A stretch of DNA of 64,000 nucleotides from Planctomycetota bacterium (lineage in GTDB: Bacteria > Planctomycetota > SZUA-567 > H5-PLA8), in NCBI GenBank assembly GCA_038227875.1, contig JBBRPR010000038.1, forward strand, positions 19,309 through 83,308, in the 5' to 3' direction. Below, in pieces: positions 10,179 to 20,600 of the stretch. Numbering within the stretch: position 1 is the stretch's first letter; every line of letters starts with the position of its first letter. Below the pieces are notes generated by a model. The model did no database searches. It was not told the origin of the DNA and saw only the letters and a list, made by a program, of their open reading frames with translations. The position numbers were made by a program, and so were the translations under genes.

Positions 10179-11033
10179 TCAGTTAGCCGTTGCCGTCAAT
10201 GTAACGTTGTACTGATTCAGCACTCCCGCGTTTCCGGCCGTCACTGTGGTGGGGTTGTCCACTTCCAACACCAAGGGCATGTCGGTGGCAGTGGTCAAGT
10301 TCACGGTCAGATTCTGAGCGGTAAACAGAGAGGTGGGCGCGACACCGTTCATTCCGCCTTTGATGGCCACGACGTTTGGACCGGCCGCGGCGGCGAGATT
10401 GAAAGGCCCTGCAGTCTTCACAGCAATAGCGCTGATGGTGCAGGCACTGCCTGTGGCCGAGACATTCGAAACGTTGATCGTTTTGTTGTTTTGCGCATCG
10501 TCGCTGCGGTAGATCGTGGCGAGGTCTGTCTGACTAGCCGCCAATAGCGTGCTGTCCTTGACGGTCCACGCATAGTTGGAAACCCGATTGGCGGGCTGGG
10601 TATGATCCACGGACCCATCGTCCGGCGTAGTGCCGTTACCCCACTGAATCTGGGCGCGCTTGGAAACGGTGGTGCTAACGACGACAACCAACTGGTTGTT
10701 GCGGGAGACATACGTGTAGAAATTAGCGGCGGATACCGTGCCATTGACCGTAACCGTCACGGCGCCGGCCGATCCCGCGGGGGTCAAGGCGACATCCAGC
10801 GTGTTGTTGGCCACATTCACTGCGGTCACGGTTGCCGAGGTGGCGCCAAAGAGAACGGTATTGCTGGCAGGTGTTGCATTGATCGCAATACCGGAGGTGA
10901 AAATTCGCACGAGCTGGCCGCCTGTGGCGGGTCCGCTGTTAGGGGAGATCGAGTTGACGGTAGCTGCGAAGGTGTTGCCGAGCGAAGCGAGGAGAAGAAG
11001 CAGCGCAAGTTTGAACGTTCGGGTCATCGTCAT
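10179..11033 (-). CDS. Secreted IPT/TIG + conserved C-terminal pilin-like domain protein (paralog 4)
   Basis: Signal peptide; ISPNSGPATGGQLVRI IPT motif; C-domain KRAQIQWG...VTLTATAN. Confidence 0.88.
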   Translation of the reverse strand: MTMTRTFKLALLLLLASLGNTFAATVNSISPNSGPATGGQLVRIFTSGIAINATPASNTVLFGATSATVTAVNVANNTLDVALTPAGSAGAVTVTVNGTVSAANFYTYVSRNNQLVVVVSTTVSKRAQIQWGNGTTPDDGSVDHTQPANRVSNYAWTVKDSTLLAASQTDLATIYRSDDAQNNKTINVSNVSATGSACTISAIAVKTAGPFNLAAAAGPNVVAIKGGMNGVAPTSLFTAQNLTVNLTTATDMPLVLEVDNPTTVTAGNAGVLNQYNVTLTATAN

Positions 11034-11074
11034 TGAGTCCGCGTTTCAGGAAGTGTTGTCCCAAACAAACAAAG

Positions 11075-11101
11075 GTGGCGCCGTGCAATTCCCGGCGCCA
11101 C
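11075..11101 (-). terminator. Intercistronic hairpin / partial terminator
   Basis: 9-bp stem GTGGCGCCG/CGGCGCCAC followed on the minus strand by CTTTGTTTGTTTG. Confidence 0.55.
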
Positions 11102-11114
11102 ACTCGATCGATTC

Positions 11115-11987
11115 TTAGTTCGCCGTCGCTGTCATCGTCACGTTGTAGGTATTCAGCACGCCGGCGTTACCAGAAGTGACCGTGGTCGGCGTGTCGAATT
11201 CCAGAACCAGCGGCTGATCGGTCGTGGTGAGCAAACTTCCCGTCAATGTCTGAGCGGTGAACAGCGAAGTGAGTGCACCAGCGCCCATTGCTCCTTTGAT
11301 CGCGACAACGTCGGGACCGGCGGTGGCCGCGAGATTGAAGTTACCGGCCGTCTTGGTGGCAATCGCACTGATCGTGCAGGCATTTCCAGTCGACGAAACA
11401 TTGGAGACGTTGATCGTCTTGTTGTTTTGCGCATCGTCGCTGCGGTAGATCGTGCCTAGATCGGTCTGGAGCGAAGCCAGCAGCGTGCTGTCTTTCACCG
11501 TCCAGGCGTAATTGGAGATGCGGTTGGCAGCCAGTGTATGGTCGACAGCACCGTCGTCAACCGTTGTGCCAGTACCCCACTGGATCTGTGCGCGCTTGGC
11601 CACTGTATCGCTGACCACCACGACGAGCGTGTTGTTGCGAGAAACGAACGTATACAACGTATTTGCCACATTGGTGCCATTTGCGTTGGTGACCGTGACG
11701 CTCAGGTTCGCGCCCGCTACGGCTGCCAACGTCGTAAAGTCGCAGGTAGTGGTGGTCGCTGCACTGGCGGGAATGCCACCGGCGGGGAGACCGTTGATTT
11801 TGACCAGGTTGTTCGCCGCGGTGGTATCGAAATTGGTGCCGTAAATTCGAATGAGCTGCCCGCCGGCAATTGGACCGCTATTCGGCGAAACAGCCGTGAC
11901 GGTGGGGACGGCAGCGAGAGCCTGGCTGGACATGCCAACGGCGGCCACGACGGCTACAGCTAGAATGAGTGAGTTCAACTTTTTCAT
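11115..11987 (-). CDS. Secreted IPT/TIG + conserved C-terminal pilin-like domain protein (paralog 3)
   Basis: GGAG RBS; signal peptide MKKLNSLILAVAVVAAVGMSSQALA; IPT motif VSPNSGPIAGG; ends NVTMTATAN. Confidence 0.9.
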   Translation of the reverse strand: MKKLNSLILAVAVVAAVGMSSQALAAVPTVTAVSPNSGPIAGGQLIRIYGTNFDTTAANNLVKINGLPAGGIPASAATTTTCDFTTLAAVAGANLSVTVTNANGTNVANTLYTFVSRNNTLVVVVSDTVAKRAQIQWGTGTTVDDGAVDHTLAANRISNYAWTVKDSTLLASLQTDLGTIYRSDDAQNNKTINVSNVSSTGNACTISAIATKTAGNFNLAATAGPDVVAIKGAMGAGALTSLFTAQTLTGSLLTTTDQPLVLEFDTPTTVTSGNAGVLNTYNVTMTATAN

Positions 11988-12031
11988 GTCCGCTTCTCCA
12001 AGGTGTCTACTATTTCAAGTCTTGAAAGAAC

Positions 12032-12060
12032 CGCCCGCAGTCGTTACACGACTGCGGGCG
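12032..12060 (-). terminator. Intercistronic hairpin
   Basis: Perfect 13-bp stem CGCCCGCAGTCGT/ACGACTGCGGGCG with a 3-nt loop just after the paralog 2 stop; weak U-tract. Confidence 0.55.
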
Positions 12061-12076
12061 TTGGCACCGGTCTAGG

Positions 12077-12955
12077 TTAGTTGCCCGTGGCAGTCAAGGT
12101 CACGGTGACGACGGCGGTCTGGCCCTGATTTCCATTTGTAATGGTGGTCGGGGAATCAAATTCCAGGACGAGAGGCTGGTCTGAACCAACCGTTAGATTG
12201 TTCGTCAATGTTTTTGCAGTAAACAGGTTCTTCATTGCAGTGTTGTTCATTTCGCCGCTGACTGAAATGACGTCAGGAGCAGCCGCAGCAGCCAACGTGT
12301 AAGGTGCGCCACCCGTCGCAATTGCACTGATGGTGCAGCTCGAACCGGCAATCGAAGAGACGTTCGAAACGTTGATCGTCTTGCCATTGTTGAAATCGTC
12401 GCTGCGGTAGTTGGTTGCCAAGTCGATCTGTTGCTTGCCAGCGATTACGCCAATCGAGTTGTCTTTTACCGTCCAAGCGTAGTTGGTGATGTAATCGGCA
12501 GCCACCGTGTGATCGACGGAGGCATCGTCCACCGTCGTTCCTGTGCCCCACTGGATCTGCGCACGATTGGCCACTGTCGCGCTGATCTGCACAACCAGCT
12601 TGTTGTTACGAGAAACAAATTTGTAATTGACTGCGCCGCCACTCTGAGTGCTGGCGCCTGAAGAATTGGTATTTACAACAACCAAGCCTGAACCAGTCGT
12701 GGTCGTTGCCAGGGTTGTGCAGGTAAGCTGCGTCGCGGTTGCAGCCGTGACCGTGACAGCCACGCCGTTCAATGTCACGACGTTATTGGCTGCCGTCGTG
12801 TCGAATCCCGAGCCATAGATACGAACAAACTGACCGCCACCGGACGGGCCGCTGGTAGGCGAAATCGCGGTCACATCGGATACTGCTGCGAACGCGCTAC
12901 CGGATACCACCATCGCCGCCAAAACCATCACCACCTTCAGTAAGTTCGTCTTCAT
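12077..12955 (-). CDS. Secreted IPT/TIG + conserved C-terminal pilin-like domain protein (paralog 2)
   Basis: Start moved to ATG 12955 (MKTNLLK, AAGGAG RBS upstream); IPT motif ISPTSGPSGGG; ends VTLTATGN. Confidence 0.9.
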   Translation of the reverse strand: MKTNLLKVVMVLAAMVVSGSAFAAVSDVTAISPTSGPSGGGQFVRIYGSGFDTTAANNVVTLNGVAVTVTAATATQLTCTTLATTTTGSGLVVVNTNSSGASTQSGGAVNYKFVSRNNKLVVQISATVANRAQIQWGTGTTVDDASVDHTVAADYITNYAWTVKDNSIGVIAGKQQIDLATNYRSDDFNNGKTINVSNVSSIAGSSCTISAIATGGAPYTLAAAAAPDVISVSGEMNNTAMKNLFTAKTLTNNLTVGSDQPLVLEFDSPTTITNGNQGQTAVVTVTLTATGN

Positions 12956-13078
12956 CCCCGCGTCTCCTTTGCAAAAGCTCCTAGGTTGTAAAGTTTTCAC
13001 AGTATCCGAGTGCCGGTGGTTCCAATTCTGTTTCAAGTTTGACTTCCCTCCCCCACGCCGTGCGCGGTGCCCGTTTGG

Positions 13079-13921
13079 TTAGTTCGCTGTAGACACCAGC
13101 GTCACTGTTGAAGTCTGTGCCACTCCTGCCGCCGCCGCCGTAATGCTCGTTGGCGTCGCCATCTCCAGTACCAGCGCTTGGTCCGTACCCTTGACCAGTG
13201 CGTTGGTCAGCACTGTTGGCGCGGCGCTCAGTGCCACCGGAGCCGCGCCGCCCAGGGACGCGCGCAGACGAAAGGTGTTTGCTCCTGCGGCGGCGCCAAT
13301 GGTCCAGGACGCGGTGTTGGTGGCGATGGCATTGATCGTATTCGTGGCGTTGGTGGGCGAGATATTCGAGAGGTTGATGACCTTGTTATTCAACGCATCG
13401 TTGCTTTGGTAGACCGTGTTTACGTCCGCGTTCACGCCCAGCGAACTGTCTTTTACAATCCACATATAGTTGGTGATGCGGTTGGCACCGACAGTGTGGT
13501 CGACACCCGCGTCGTCGACGCTTGTACCGTTGCCCCACTGGATGTCGGAGCGCTTCGGGATCGTCAGCACCACGGACACCTGAACATTAACGTTTCCGTT
13601 CGTGTATGTGTAGCCATTCGCCAGCGTCGAGGTTCCGATTCCCGCTCCGTTGGTCACCGAGATCGTGACGTTGCCGACGGTGTGAGCGGGAACTACAGCG
13701 CTGATTGTAGCGTCGTCGATCACTGTAAAAGTCGCAGGCGAGATGCCGAAGGTGACGCCAGTTGCCGCACCATTGTTAAAGTTTGAACCAGAGATCGTCA
13801 CCGTCGTGCCGCCATTGATCGTGCCCGAATTCGGAACCACGCCAGAGATCGTCGGCACAGCGGCCCCGAATGCAGCGCGGGTCATGAACGCGAAGATGAA
13901 GATCAAGGTGCCGGTTTTCAC
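13079..13921 (-). CDS. Secreted IPT/TIG + conserved C-terminal pilin-like domain protein (paralog 1, most divergent)
   Basis: Probable GTG start at 13921 (AAGGA upstream); canonical IPT PTISGVVPNSGTINGGTTVTISGSNF; ends VTLVSTAN. Confidence 0.88.
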   Translation of the reverse strand: MKTGTLIFIFAFMTRAAFGAAVPTISGVVPNSGTINGGTTVTISGSNFNNGAATGVTFGISPATFTVIDDATISAVVPAHTVGNVTISVTNGAGIGTSTLANGYTYTNGNVNVQVSVVLTIPKRSDIQWGNGTSVDDAGVDHTVGANRITNYMWIVKDSSLGVNADVNTVYQSNDALNNKVINLSNISPTNATNTINAIATNTASWTIGAAAGANTFRLRASLGGAAPVALSAAPTVLTNALVKGTDQALVLEMATPTSITAAAAGVAQTSTVTLVSTAN

Positions 13922-14020
13922 GTGTGACTTTTCCTTCTCGATTGCACTGGTGCTGAGCTCGCGATGCAAATTGAATCAATTTGCGACTCAACTGTTTTGT
14001 TCTTCGGACGACGTCTGTAT

Positions 14021-14036
14021 TGCAAACGAGACACCA
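14021..14036 (-). promoter_or_regulatory. Putative sigma-54 (-24/-12) promoter of the surface-protein operon
   Basis: Minus strand TGGTGTCTCGTTTGCA = GG-N10-GC, about 100 bp upstream of the first gene. Confidence 0.6.
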
Positions 14037-14119
14037 TGTGCGGATTCCACTACACTTTGCTCGTTTCAAATCGGCAGGCCCTTCAGCATCAAGCGGTTAA
14101 CTTTTAAATTTCGATTTTC

Positions 14120-14185
14120 TGCAAAATTTGCAGTTCAAAATTTGGCATGAGTTTTGACTCAATTTGCCACTCCGCAAATTTTGAT
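14120..14185. promoter_or_regulatory. Cluster of near-palindromic CAAAATTTG/CAAATTTTG sites (candidate enhancer-binding-protein sites)
   Basis: Copies at about 14122, 14136, 14160 and 14175, roughly 85-150 bp upstream of the sigma-54 motif. Confidence 0.4.
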
Positions 14186-14553
14186 GTGACTCATTACGCG
14201 CCGGAAATTATCGGCTGTTGTCTGGCGCAACGGTTCTTGGAAGTTGTGATTCTGGAAGGAATTGCTGTCCGATTCGTTAACAATTTTTGGCGGCGCAAAT
14301 ATGCACGCGTTCGTCGCTCACGTTTAGAAACGTGTGCATCGACAACGCGAATATAACAATACTAAAAGGTAGGTTGTCGTCGTGTGCCAATTGGCACTTG
14401 GCATCTTTTTGTCATTGGTTCGAAGTCGATCCCGCGCCTTCGCCTCAAAGTGCGGCAACATGCGCGCGGCCACCATCGCGCGGTGATTTTCCTTAAGGCG
14501 CCGGCGTCGCAGCTAGACCGAGATCACGAACTCGACCATGGTGGACAAGGAGG

Positions 14554-16311
14554 TCACTGCTCGCTGAACGCCGCGCGCACTTTCGCTTCGATCTCCGGCG
14601 ACTTCTCGAAGTAGTGCTTCGCCAGATCCGGCTTGCCGGCGAGCAGGCAGAAGAACGCAGCCGTCGCGCGATCGGGCGAGTCGTCTTGTGCGACGCCGGC
14701 AGCGAGCGTCATCAGGTCGCTGGGGGCGAGTTGCTCCCACGCGTAATCCATTTCGCCGCCTTCGTTGAATTTCAACTTCATCTTGCCGTCGGCATCGCAG
14801 GTCTGAACTTGTCCGCCGGCGTGGAGCGCGGCGATCTCCAGTTTCGGATGTCCGCCATCGCTGATCGATTTCACGACCGCGTCTTTCAGTTTCGCTTTGA
14901 AGTTGTCGAGCGCCGTGGTGTCGCTGAGCTTCAGCGCTTTTGGTTTTGCTGCGACGGCGGTGCCCGTCGAAGTAGACGTCGACGTCGAGCTCGTCGTCGC
15001 CGCATCGTCTCCCTTCGCGCCATCGCCCAATTTTTTCAACGCGGGAATTTTTGACGCGGCAACCGCTTTGCCCAGGATCGGGCAGGGCTGCTTGTAGTAC
15101 TCGCCCACGCGCAGGCGGATGTACCCGCCGTCATCGTCGGCGTACTGCGCGGTGTTGCCGAGCGTCCCTGGAATCGCGTCGGGATTGGTGATGCCGTCCT
15201 TCTTCGCGTCCCACGCGCAGGTACTCTCGCCCTGCCCGCCCTGAAAAAGCCAGCCGCAGTATCCGGCTTGAACGTAGCGCGCGATCGTGTTGTTCTTTGG
15301 GTAGTCCTCGAGCAGCAGTTGCGCGAGATTGTCGCATTCGTGGCCGGGCGTGTTGTTGCAGGTTTTGAAGTAGGTGTTGCCCATTGCGACCTGCCAGACG
15401 ACGACGTAAAGTCCGGACGCTTCGTGAAATTCGGAGATCCACTTGATGTGGTTTTCGAGATTGCCGGTGACGCCAATCTTGTTCGCGTACGGCGGTTTCT
15501 CATTCGCCGCGCCTTTGTCACGGTCGGATGTTTCGAATGTCGCCAGCTCGTACTTGTCGGCGCAGAGCGCTTTAAACAGCGCGCCCAGTTTTTTGCCGCT
15601 CATCGAATTCTGCCAATCCCAGCCCGACGGATTGCACGCCAGCAAAACGTTATTCGGCGAATAGAGATCGCGCAGTTTCGCGAACGCCGCCGCCCAGCCG
15701 AATTCGTTATCGGGAAGGCCTTTCAGTTCGTCCATGCCGCAGCTGCCGACTTTCACGTCGACCTTATTCGGATCCATGCCGCCGCTGAGCAGCAAGTGGC
15801 ACCACTCATCGGGCTCGATCTGAATGACCACGACAGTGTCGGGATGCTTCGCGCAAATCTGCAGCAGCCGTTTGAAGTTCGTGAAGTACGCCTTCATCGT
15901 CGTCGCGATTTTGGCGTTGGCGGGCGTCGCCTGTGCGGGGCCTGGCTTGTAATGAGCAGGGGCCGACTGGGCCAGCGCGTACCACGTGTACCAGACCACG
16001 CAGCCGATGCTGGGGCCTTCCTTGAGCATGTTGTCGGCGGCGCCGTACTTGATCCACCACGGATCTTCCGGATCGCCCGCGCCGCCAGAAATGTAGGCGT
16101 CGCGGATATCCCAGCGCGCGCCGTTTTTCTCGATGGTCTCCTTCATCCAATCAATCGGTGCGGGAATGCCCCACATGAAATGGTCGAGCAGCCGGTCGTG
16201 CAGAATTTTCTGACGCCGCGCCTTCGCCCCGTCTTCCTCGCTCGCGCGTAGCGAGAAAGTCAGCATCGCGGCCGTGGCCATCGCAAAAAGTACAAGACGC
16301 AGAATCCGCAC
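14554..16311 (-). CDS. Secreted putative glycoside-hydrolase-like (TIM-barrel) protein with low-complexity linker and helical C-terminal domain
   Basis: Probable GTG start at 16311 (GAGG RBS, signal peptide); aromatic/acidic motifs such as IQIEPD and VWQVAMGN; S/T-rich linker. Function is inference. Confidence 0.7.
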   Translation of the reverse strand: MRILRLVLFAMATAAMLTFSLRASEEDGAKARRQKILHDRLLDHFMWGIPAPIDWMKETIEKNGARWDIRDAYISGGAGDPEDPWWIKYGAADNMLKEGPSIGCVVWYTWYALAQSAPAHYKPGPAQATPANAKIATTMKAYFTNFKRLLQICAKHPDTVVVIQIEPDEWCHLLLSGGMDPNKVDVKVGSCGMDELKGLPDNEFGWAAAFAKLRDLYSPNNVLLACNPSGWDWQNSMSGKKLGALFKALCADKYELATFETSDRDKGAANEKPPYANKIGVTGNLENHIKWISEFHEASGLYVVVWQVAMGNTYFKTCNNTPGHECDNLAQLLLEDYPKNNTIARYVQAGYCGWLFQGGQGESTCAWDAKKDGITNPDAIPGTLGNTAQYADDDGGYIRLRVGEYYKQPCPILGKAVAASKIPALKKLGDGAKGDDAATTSSTSTSTSTGTAVAAKPKALKLSDTTALDNFKAKLKDAVVKSISDGGHPKLEIAALHAGGQVQTCDADGKMKLKFNEGGEMDYAWEQLAPSDLMTLAAGVAQDDSPDRATAAFFCLLAGKPDLAKHYFEKSPEIEAKVRAAFSEQ

Positions 16312-16450
16312 GGCGTACCTCTTAAAGGTGAACTCACTAGTGCTGACGAAACGCCGCGCAGAAACTTGGGTCGATTTACATAGGGGCGTTGGCTTCTTGC
16401 ATGTGTTATTTGACGTGTCATAGTTACTACGCCATCGGGGAGAAAACCGC

Positions 16451-17623
16451 GTGTTTCGAATTCTGCTGCTTACCCTCCTCTGCCTGCCACTGATTCTTCG
16501 CGCGGAATCCGAACCCACGAAACCGGAGCTCAAGCCGCTGGCGCAACGCATCGCGGATCGCGCATTTCCGTCGGTCTTTCAAGCCTGGAGCCCCGCCGAC
16601 AATTTGAAGGGCGAAGACCGCTTCGTCACGATGGCGCGGCACGACCTGGTATTTCATTCCGCGCCTTCCTTTCTCAATCTGGCGTGGAAAGAGGCCAGCG
16701 CGGGTCTGGGGACGGAGTTCACTACAGAGAGCGTCGGCAGGGCAAAAATTATCCGCGACAAAATGCGCGCGTTGAATCCCAATCAGATTTTCCTTTCAGA
16801 AGTCCGCTACCGTGACGCGTGGGATGCGTATCTTCCCGCCGATCATAAATGGTGGAAACGCAAACCCGATGGCCAGCGCGTCCCGGGCTGGGAAGAAGGC
16901 AAGTTCTACATTCTCGATTTCCAGAACGCGGAATTCCGCGCTCACGTCGCGCGGCAATGCAAGGCGATCGTCGAGACCGGACTGGCCGACGGTGTCATGC
17001 TGGATTGGTGGGAAGACGACGAGGACCGACTCGCGCTGATCAAAGCCATTCGCGCAGCCATCGGCGAGCAGGCGTTGATCCTGGTGAACGCCAACGACCG
17101 CCAGATTCCGCGGACGGCGCAATTTATCAACGGCGTGTTCATGGAGTGCTACCGTAGCAAATCCGCCGACGATTGGGCGCGGATAGAAACGACGCTCGCC
17201 TGGGCCGAAGAACATTTACGCCAGCCGCGCATCAATTGCGTGGAGACCTGGTACGAAAAGTCGCGCCAGGATCTCAACCGCATGCGCGCCACCACGACGC
17301 TCAGTTTGACGCGCTCCGACGGCTACTGCCTTTTTTCTGATCCCAACGAATTACCCTCGCCGGACCACCTTCACGATTGGTATCCGTTCTGGGACAAAAG
17401 CCTCGGCAAGGCGACCGGTAAGGGAAAGCTCCGACCCGACGGCGCATGGGAACGCGACTACGAACGCGGCAGCGCCGTCTACAATTCTGCTTCCAATACA
17501 GCCGTGAAGATCACATTCGATTTCGACCGAACCAGCGCAGCGTCCGGAACAAAAGCGCGCGAGTTCACGCTCCCACCACTGGACGGCGATCTATTCCTGA
17601 AGCCCGACGAGCCGAAAAAATAG
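16451..17623 (+). CDS. Secreted putative glycoside hydrolase (GHL15-like)
   Basis: GGAG RBS; signal peptide; DGVMLDWW, NGVFME, WYPFWDKSLGKA and WERDYERGSAVYN motifs. Confidence 0.8.
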   Translation: MFRILLLTLLCLPLILRAESEPTKPELKPLAQRIADRAFPSVFQAWSPADNLKGEDRFVTMARHDLVFHSAPSFLNLAWKEASAGLGTEFTTESVGRAKIIRDKMRALNPNQIFLSEVRYRDAWDAYLPADHKWWKRKPDGQRVPGWEEGKFYILDFQNAEFRAHVARQCKAIVETGLADGVMLDWWEDDEDRLALIKAIRAAIGEQALILVNANDRQIPRTAQFINGVFMECYRSKSADDWARIETTLAWAEEHLRQPRINCVETWYEKSRQDLNRMRATTTLSLTRSDGYCLFSDPNELPSPDHLHDWYPFWDKSLGKATGKGKLRPDGAWERDYERGSAVYNSASNTAVKITFDFDRTSAASGTKAREFTLPPLDGDLFLKPDEPKK

Positions 17624-17641
17624 TGCGGCCAACGCCGGGGT

Positions 17642-20600
17642 TCATTCGCCCATCAGTATCAGGTCGCCCACCGTATCGATCTGCTTGGTGTGCGGGTTGC
17701 CGAACCATCCGATGAAACCCGTGCGCCCCTTGCCGTCGTCTTCGTTCACGATCATCGACAGCCCCAGATTCGCGCCCGCGACGGGCTTGAACGGAGCGAG
17801 GCGCGACCAGGGAATCGCCAGCTCGTAAACCATGCCGCCCTCGCGCGGTTTGGCGGCGACCACGATGTCCGTCAGCGCACCCACCGGCGTCGAACTGCTG
17901 CCGGAAAGAAAACACCACGCTTGCGGACCCTTCTTGCCCAGCGCCATGCCCAGATCGTACTTGCCCGACTTCTCGCTCGATTCGCGCTTCGGATCGATCA
18001 GAAATTGCAGCCCGTCGCCCGCCCAGAGTTCGCCGTCCTGCTTCGTGTTGGAGAAGACGTCGTCGCTCACGTCGACCGCGACGTACAGAAATTTCTCGTC
18101 CCACAAGTAGCGCATCGTTGCCGACAGATCCGCCGCGCCCTTCCACAGCACGTCCTTGTCGAGCGTGAAGTACTGCTGCTTCTGGTCGAGACGCTGAACC
18201 GGGGCGCGCTTCCAATCGGCTTCGTCGAGCACCCCGTCGATCGACGGCGGCGCAGCCACTTTCGGCACCGCGACGAAACCGCCGAGCATCCGTTCAGCCG
18301 TGAGATTGCCGCCGCTGGCGTCGGTGATCGTCGCGGTCACGGCATAGAGCTTGATCGGGTCGGCGCCGGATACCGGCACACTCACCGCGGCCTCCTGCTT
18401 GGCCGGCACAGTCAGCGTTCCGGTCGTGGCCTCGCTGAAAAACGCCTGCGTCGCCGTCTGCGCCGCGTACTGGCCGTCGATGAGGCTGCGTTCGCCGCTC
18501 AGTGAGATGGACCACGTCAGCGTCTGGGTGTCCGCGGAAAAATTGTGCACGAGAATCTTCGCCGCGGACTTGCCGTCCGCAGCCGCGGGCACGGGTCGCA
18601 CGTCGATCGTCAAATGTCCCGAGAGCGCCGGCCGGAAAGAAAGCTCGCCGGTAATTCCGCCCGCCGCATTGGCCACGCGGATCAGAATTTCACCCTCACG
18701 CACCGCGCTGGTTTCCGGTGACGTAATGGTGAAGCGAAGCGGCGTGCCTGGGGTCGTCTCCACCTTCCAGCCCAGCGGCGCAAGCAGTGAGACCAGCTTC
18801 GCATCCACGGTTCCCGCGACGTCGACCGTCGCCGGTACGCCGCGCACCATCGTGACCGGAATCCCGCTCAGCGAAACGGCCGGCTCGCCCAGCGCATCCG
18901 GCAGGTCCGCCGCGCCGTCGAAATTCAACAGCAGCGGATCCTCGTTCAGCGTCAACGTCAGTCCCTTGCCTTCTGCGTCCAGCGCGGAGCGTCGGCCGTC
19001 AATGTGAATCGCCTGCACCGCTTTGACATCCTTCAGCGCGACGAAGATATCCTTGCGCCCCTTGTCCTTCCACAGCACCGCGAACGCATGCTGCTCCGCG
19101 TCGCGGAAGAGCACGGCGTGGATCCCGTCGGCGTAGTTGCGCTCGGTCGAGAATTTCTTGATGCCGATGCCGTTGACAAGATTGTAGAGCGTCACCGCGT
19201 CCAGCCGCGCGGCGTACTTGCAGTAACGGCTGTCGAAGATGTTCATCGCGTCGCCGGAGCTGCCGAAGTTCTGCGCATCGTTGTCGGGGTAGAGAAAATC
19301 GAACCACGAAATATTTGCGCCGCCCGCCGCGAAGAAAACCGCGAACTTCCGGATCATGTCGCCGGCGATGTGCTGCCGCGTCAGGCCTTGACTGTTGAGG
19401 CCGATTTCCGTCGACCAGATCGGCTTGACGCAGTTGTATTTCTTCATCAGCGCCTGATAGCTCTTGATCGCCTCGCGCACATTCTCCGGCGCTTCGTAGA
19501 CGTGAAAATCGAAGGCGTCGCAGGCGTTCTGGTATCCGGCCTGAAAATATTCCTCGGTCGGCGGCACCGACGTCGCCAGCACGATAATCGTCGGGTCGAT
19601 CTTCTTCATTTCGTCGTAGACGATCGTGTACGCGTGAACGCTCTCCTTGAGACGCTCGCCTTTGTTGTTCGGCTCATTTCCCAGGTCGATGATCAGCGGC
19701 CGGTTCTTGCCGAACGTCGCGACGAAATTGCGCGCGCCTTCGCGCAAGGCTTTCTCGTCGTACTTTTCATAGCCGCCGTGATGTCCTTCGATCGTTCCCG
19801 ACGGACAACCCGTCAGGACTCCCATGTTCAGTTCCGTGCAGACGTCGTACATCGGCGCGTCCGGTTTGTATGGCGGCGTAGCAGACCAGCCGCCCCAAAG
19901 CCCGGCAACGCGAATGCCGACACGGTCGGTCAGGCGGATGTATTCCGGAAAGCGGTTGTCCCAATTGCGCGAGGTAAATGGAATCTGATCGGCCTTGAAT
20001 TTCTTATTCGGCGCTTCGGGCAGAATCACGAAGCCCGCGAAGTTCTTGAAGGGATCGCCCTCTCCCAGCGGCACTTCCGCGTGGACTTCGTAATAGCGTC
20101 CAATTTCCAGCGGCGCACCCGCCAGATCAATCTGGCCTTCGTAAACGAGCCGATTCTTGTTCTTGCCCTTCGCCGCCACCACGAGCGAACCGGCCGCCGT
20201 CTGCTCCGCGCCCCAGTAATCGCGTACGATCCAGGAGAGTTTGCGTTCTGCTTCCGTCAGTTCGCGATACGATTCAACCGTAATCGAAAACGTGCGCGGA
20301 TCGTCCGGATGAAACATATTTCCCAACTGCGGCGAGGCGAACACCACGCGGTTGACCACCGGAGCCCGCACGCTGCTGCCCGCCGACGACGCGGTGAGCG
20401 CATCGACCCAGAAGCGCCCCTCGCATTTGTTTAACCGCACTGAAAAACGTGCGGCCGCCGCCTGCTTCGGAATCTCCACGCGCTTGCGTGCCAGTTGCCA
20501 CGCGTGTTTGCCGAAGAGTTCGCCCACCGTGTGCGTCTCGATCTGTTTGCCCGACGCGTCGAAAATTTCAAATGAGACCATTCCGTTGAACGACGAATCC

